Of a stretch of 64,000 nt of DNA, positions 62,201-64,000 are shown in pieces. The notes beneath the pieces were generated by a model. That model was not told the origin of the DNA, ran no database searches, and saw only the letters and a list, made by a program, of their open reading frames with translations. Made by a program: the position numbers and the translations under genes. This DNA comes from Utricularia gibba (lineage: Eukaryota; Plantae; Magnoliophyta): assembly GCA_002189035.1 (NCBI GenBank), contig CM007989.1, positions 1,984,001 through 2,048,000 of the forward strand, written 5' to 3'. Every line of letters begins with the position of its first letter. Within the stretch, counting starts at the first letter, position 1.

Positions 62201-62545
62201 CGCGATTTAGCATCCACCATTGTCCATCTCAGGGAACAGGACATGGCCGCGATGCGGCAGAAGTTTCTTGTGAACAGGGATGAGAGGAGACTCAAGCTTC
62301 AGGACAGGGAAGCACAGAAGATAAAAAAAGATATGGTGGCTATTGAGAAAAGGCTCGCTGTGATCTCAGCGGACAGCAAGGGCGACATGTTGACTGGGCA
62401 TGTGTATCAAAGTGAGACTAGTAAAAATGGCAGCCTGCAGACAAGTCTACAACACGTTCTTGAAGAGATGGAGAAATTTGCTGCTAACTCACTGGAAATA
62501 TACGAGGAGCTGCAACAACAAATTCAAGAGGATCATCAGAAATAA
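59239..62545 (+). CDS. DUF630/DUF632 (NRG2-like) protein, 4 exons; apparent -1 frameshift near 60112
   Basis: MGCVHSKHEESPAVLLCRERC, PPPP..SWDFLNPF, EGIPDLED, LDKVYLWEKKLYQEVK, RDEDLWP, MWKSMLQCHRNQ, PFSPRRVGAPP. Confidence 0.92.
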
Positions 62546-63427
62546 GGGCAGATGAACAGCACGCAAACTCATCCATCCATTCATCATTTATGCATTTCGA
62601 GTCAAGATACTCAGAGGGGGTTCATGCACCCGACCCCAATAGGCTTCAACGGTCCTTCGCTTATGGATGAAGAAGCTGGAGAAAGCACTAGGGAATGCAT
62701 CTTGTGGCGGATGGCTGTGAGGAGCCAGTGGCAATGCATCATCGGAGGCAAACAAAGTGTTGGTCATGGTAAACTAGCCATGAAGGTCATGTAGTCATGT
62801 CACCATGGGAGGTACAAATCGACATTGTTTTCGTCGGTTGGTCGCCAATTTATGTAACAATGAATAATAAACCTGGAAATTGTTGATGGCATTTGGGATG
62901 GAAAAGCAATGGGCTGCCAGAACACGTAGCATAGTGAAAACATATCAAAGCCATAGCATGGTCACATGCTCAGTCATATTTAGCAACGATATGAATAAAC
63001 ATACACGATTGCGGCAGACTCCTGGCAGAAACAGTTTGCTCACGGCTTATCAGCGATCTGCATATGCAAGAATTTGGGCACGATAAAGGTCATGAATGTC
63101 TTCGAGAACTCCAAAAAAGAAAAGCATAGTATGCGAAGGATGAAGAAACATGGAAGTGTAGGTGCCTACAAAAGGGATGATGCCTCGAGGATACTGCAAA
63201 TGTAAGTAAAAGAAAAAGAAAACCTTGCAACAATGGATTTCGATGCGACCAAATAGGGAACACGATGAAAAGATGGGAGTTTGTGATAACGAGGCAGGAT
63301 GGGTTCAAGACAATGACCATGCATCTTAGACGCATTAGCAGATCATACAACATTACCCAAGAGGTGGTCAATGCACAATTTGCAGCAGCACAGCAAGCAG
63401 ACTATAACCAAGCATCCAAAAAGTGCT

Positions 63428-64000
63428 CTAATTCACCTGATTGAGAGGGTTGTCAGGGGATTTCTTCCAGAGTTTCCAAATCATATCCTTATACTGTGTA
63501 TGTGTTAGGCCGGGCTTCTCTTCCTTTATCTTTGGAAGCTCAGCTTCTTCAAAAGCCTACGCCAATTAAGAATGTTGATTGAAATTACTCCCAAATGTAG
63601 TAGTTTCTGGGAGGGTAAAAAACTAAGCCAGCGCGTACCTTGAACGCAGCTTTGAGTCGCTTTTCTGGGTGCTTATCCACGGGCAGGATATCGGCCACAG
63701 TAAGACGTGCAATTGCTTCATCCACCGTGCGGGCTTCAATTATAGTATCATCACGATTCGTGTTCACCATAGTCACCATCCTCTCGTACTCTTCCTCGTC
63801 TGATATCCTGCTCTGCTTCTTCTTCTCCTCTTCCGACTGCCGTTGAAGCGCCAATCGCTCTTCCTCTCTCCGTCTACGGAGCTCAACCTCTGTGACCTTG
63901 GGGACGGGCACTGAAACCCGACTCGCCTTTTTATCCGGCTTCTTCAAGCTTTTCTCGATATCTTTCTCCTCTTGCTCGGCCAACCGGCGTGCTTCAGCTT
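63428..64000 (-). CDS. CCDC124: CCDC124/Lso2/Oxs1-family coiled-coil protein, 3' part only
   Basis: NTNRDDTIIEARTVDEAIARL, DKHPEKRLKAAFK/AFEEAELPKIKEEKPGLTHTQYKDMIWKLWKKSPDNPLNQ; intron 63557-63638. Last residues uncertain. Confidence 0.88.

Noticed and set aside
62552-63371. Short ORFs between DUF632 and CCDC124
   Set aside because: Convergent 3' UTR region; no motifs or convincing splice support.
1-64000. CRISPR array, rRNA, biosynthetic gene cluster, or species assignment
   Set aside because: No spaced direct repeats or rRNA-like sequence; CYP94A has no pathway-partner neighbours; the gene density suggests a miniature eudicot genome but the sequence alone does not identify the species.

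Overview
Plant (eudicot) nuclear DNA from a very gene-dense genome: about 20 intron-containing or intronless protein genes in 64 kb, short introns, and intergenic gaps often under 700 bp. No rRNA, tRNA, CRISPR array or intact transposon is supportable. Gene order: 3' end of an unidentified gene, NAT6-like transporter, GPN3, WAK-associated-domain protein, PPT, SRO, KLCR, mitochondrial ferredoxin reductase, plastid EF-Tu, STT3B, CYP94A, PEX3, RACK1, CCT4, golgin GC2, DUF1295, PLS-E PPR, SKI2, DUF630/632, CCDC124 (5'-truncated). Most notable: (1) a ~100-bp DNA-level copy of a SKI2 intron/3' splice site/exon start sits just downstream of SKI2 at the 5' end of the PPR gene, creating a possible decoy acceptor; (2) six genes each lack exactly one base in a short C/G run, most likely an assembly artefact; (3) a 34-aa uORF and a U12-type intron in GPN3; (4) a perfect mitochondrial-dysfunction motif upstream of the SRO gene; (5) four to five GC-AG introns; (6) a 297-nt stop-free in-frame intron in the DUF632 gene. 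Exon structures were worked out by hand, and family assignments and Arabidopsis locus IDs are from memory, not from searches.
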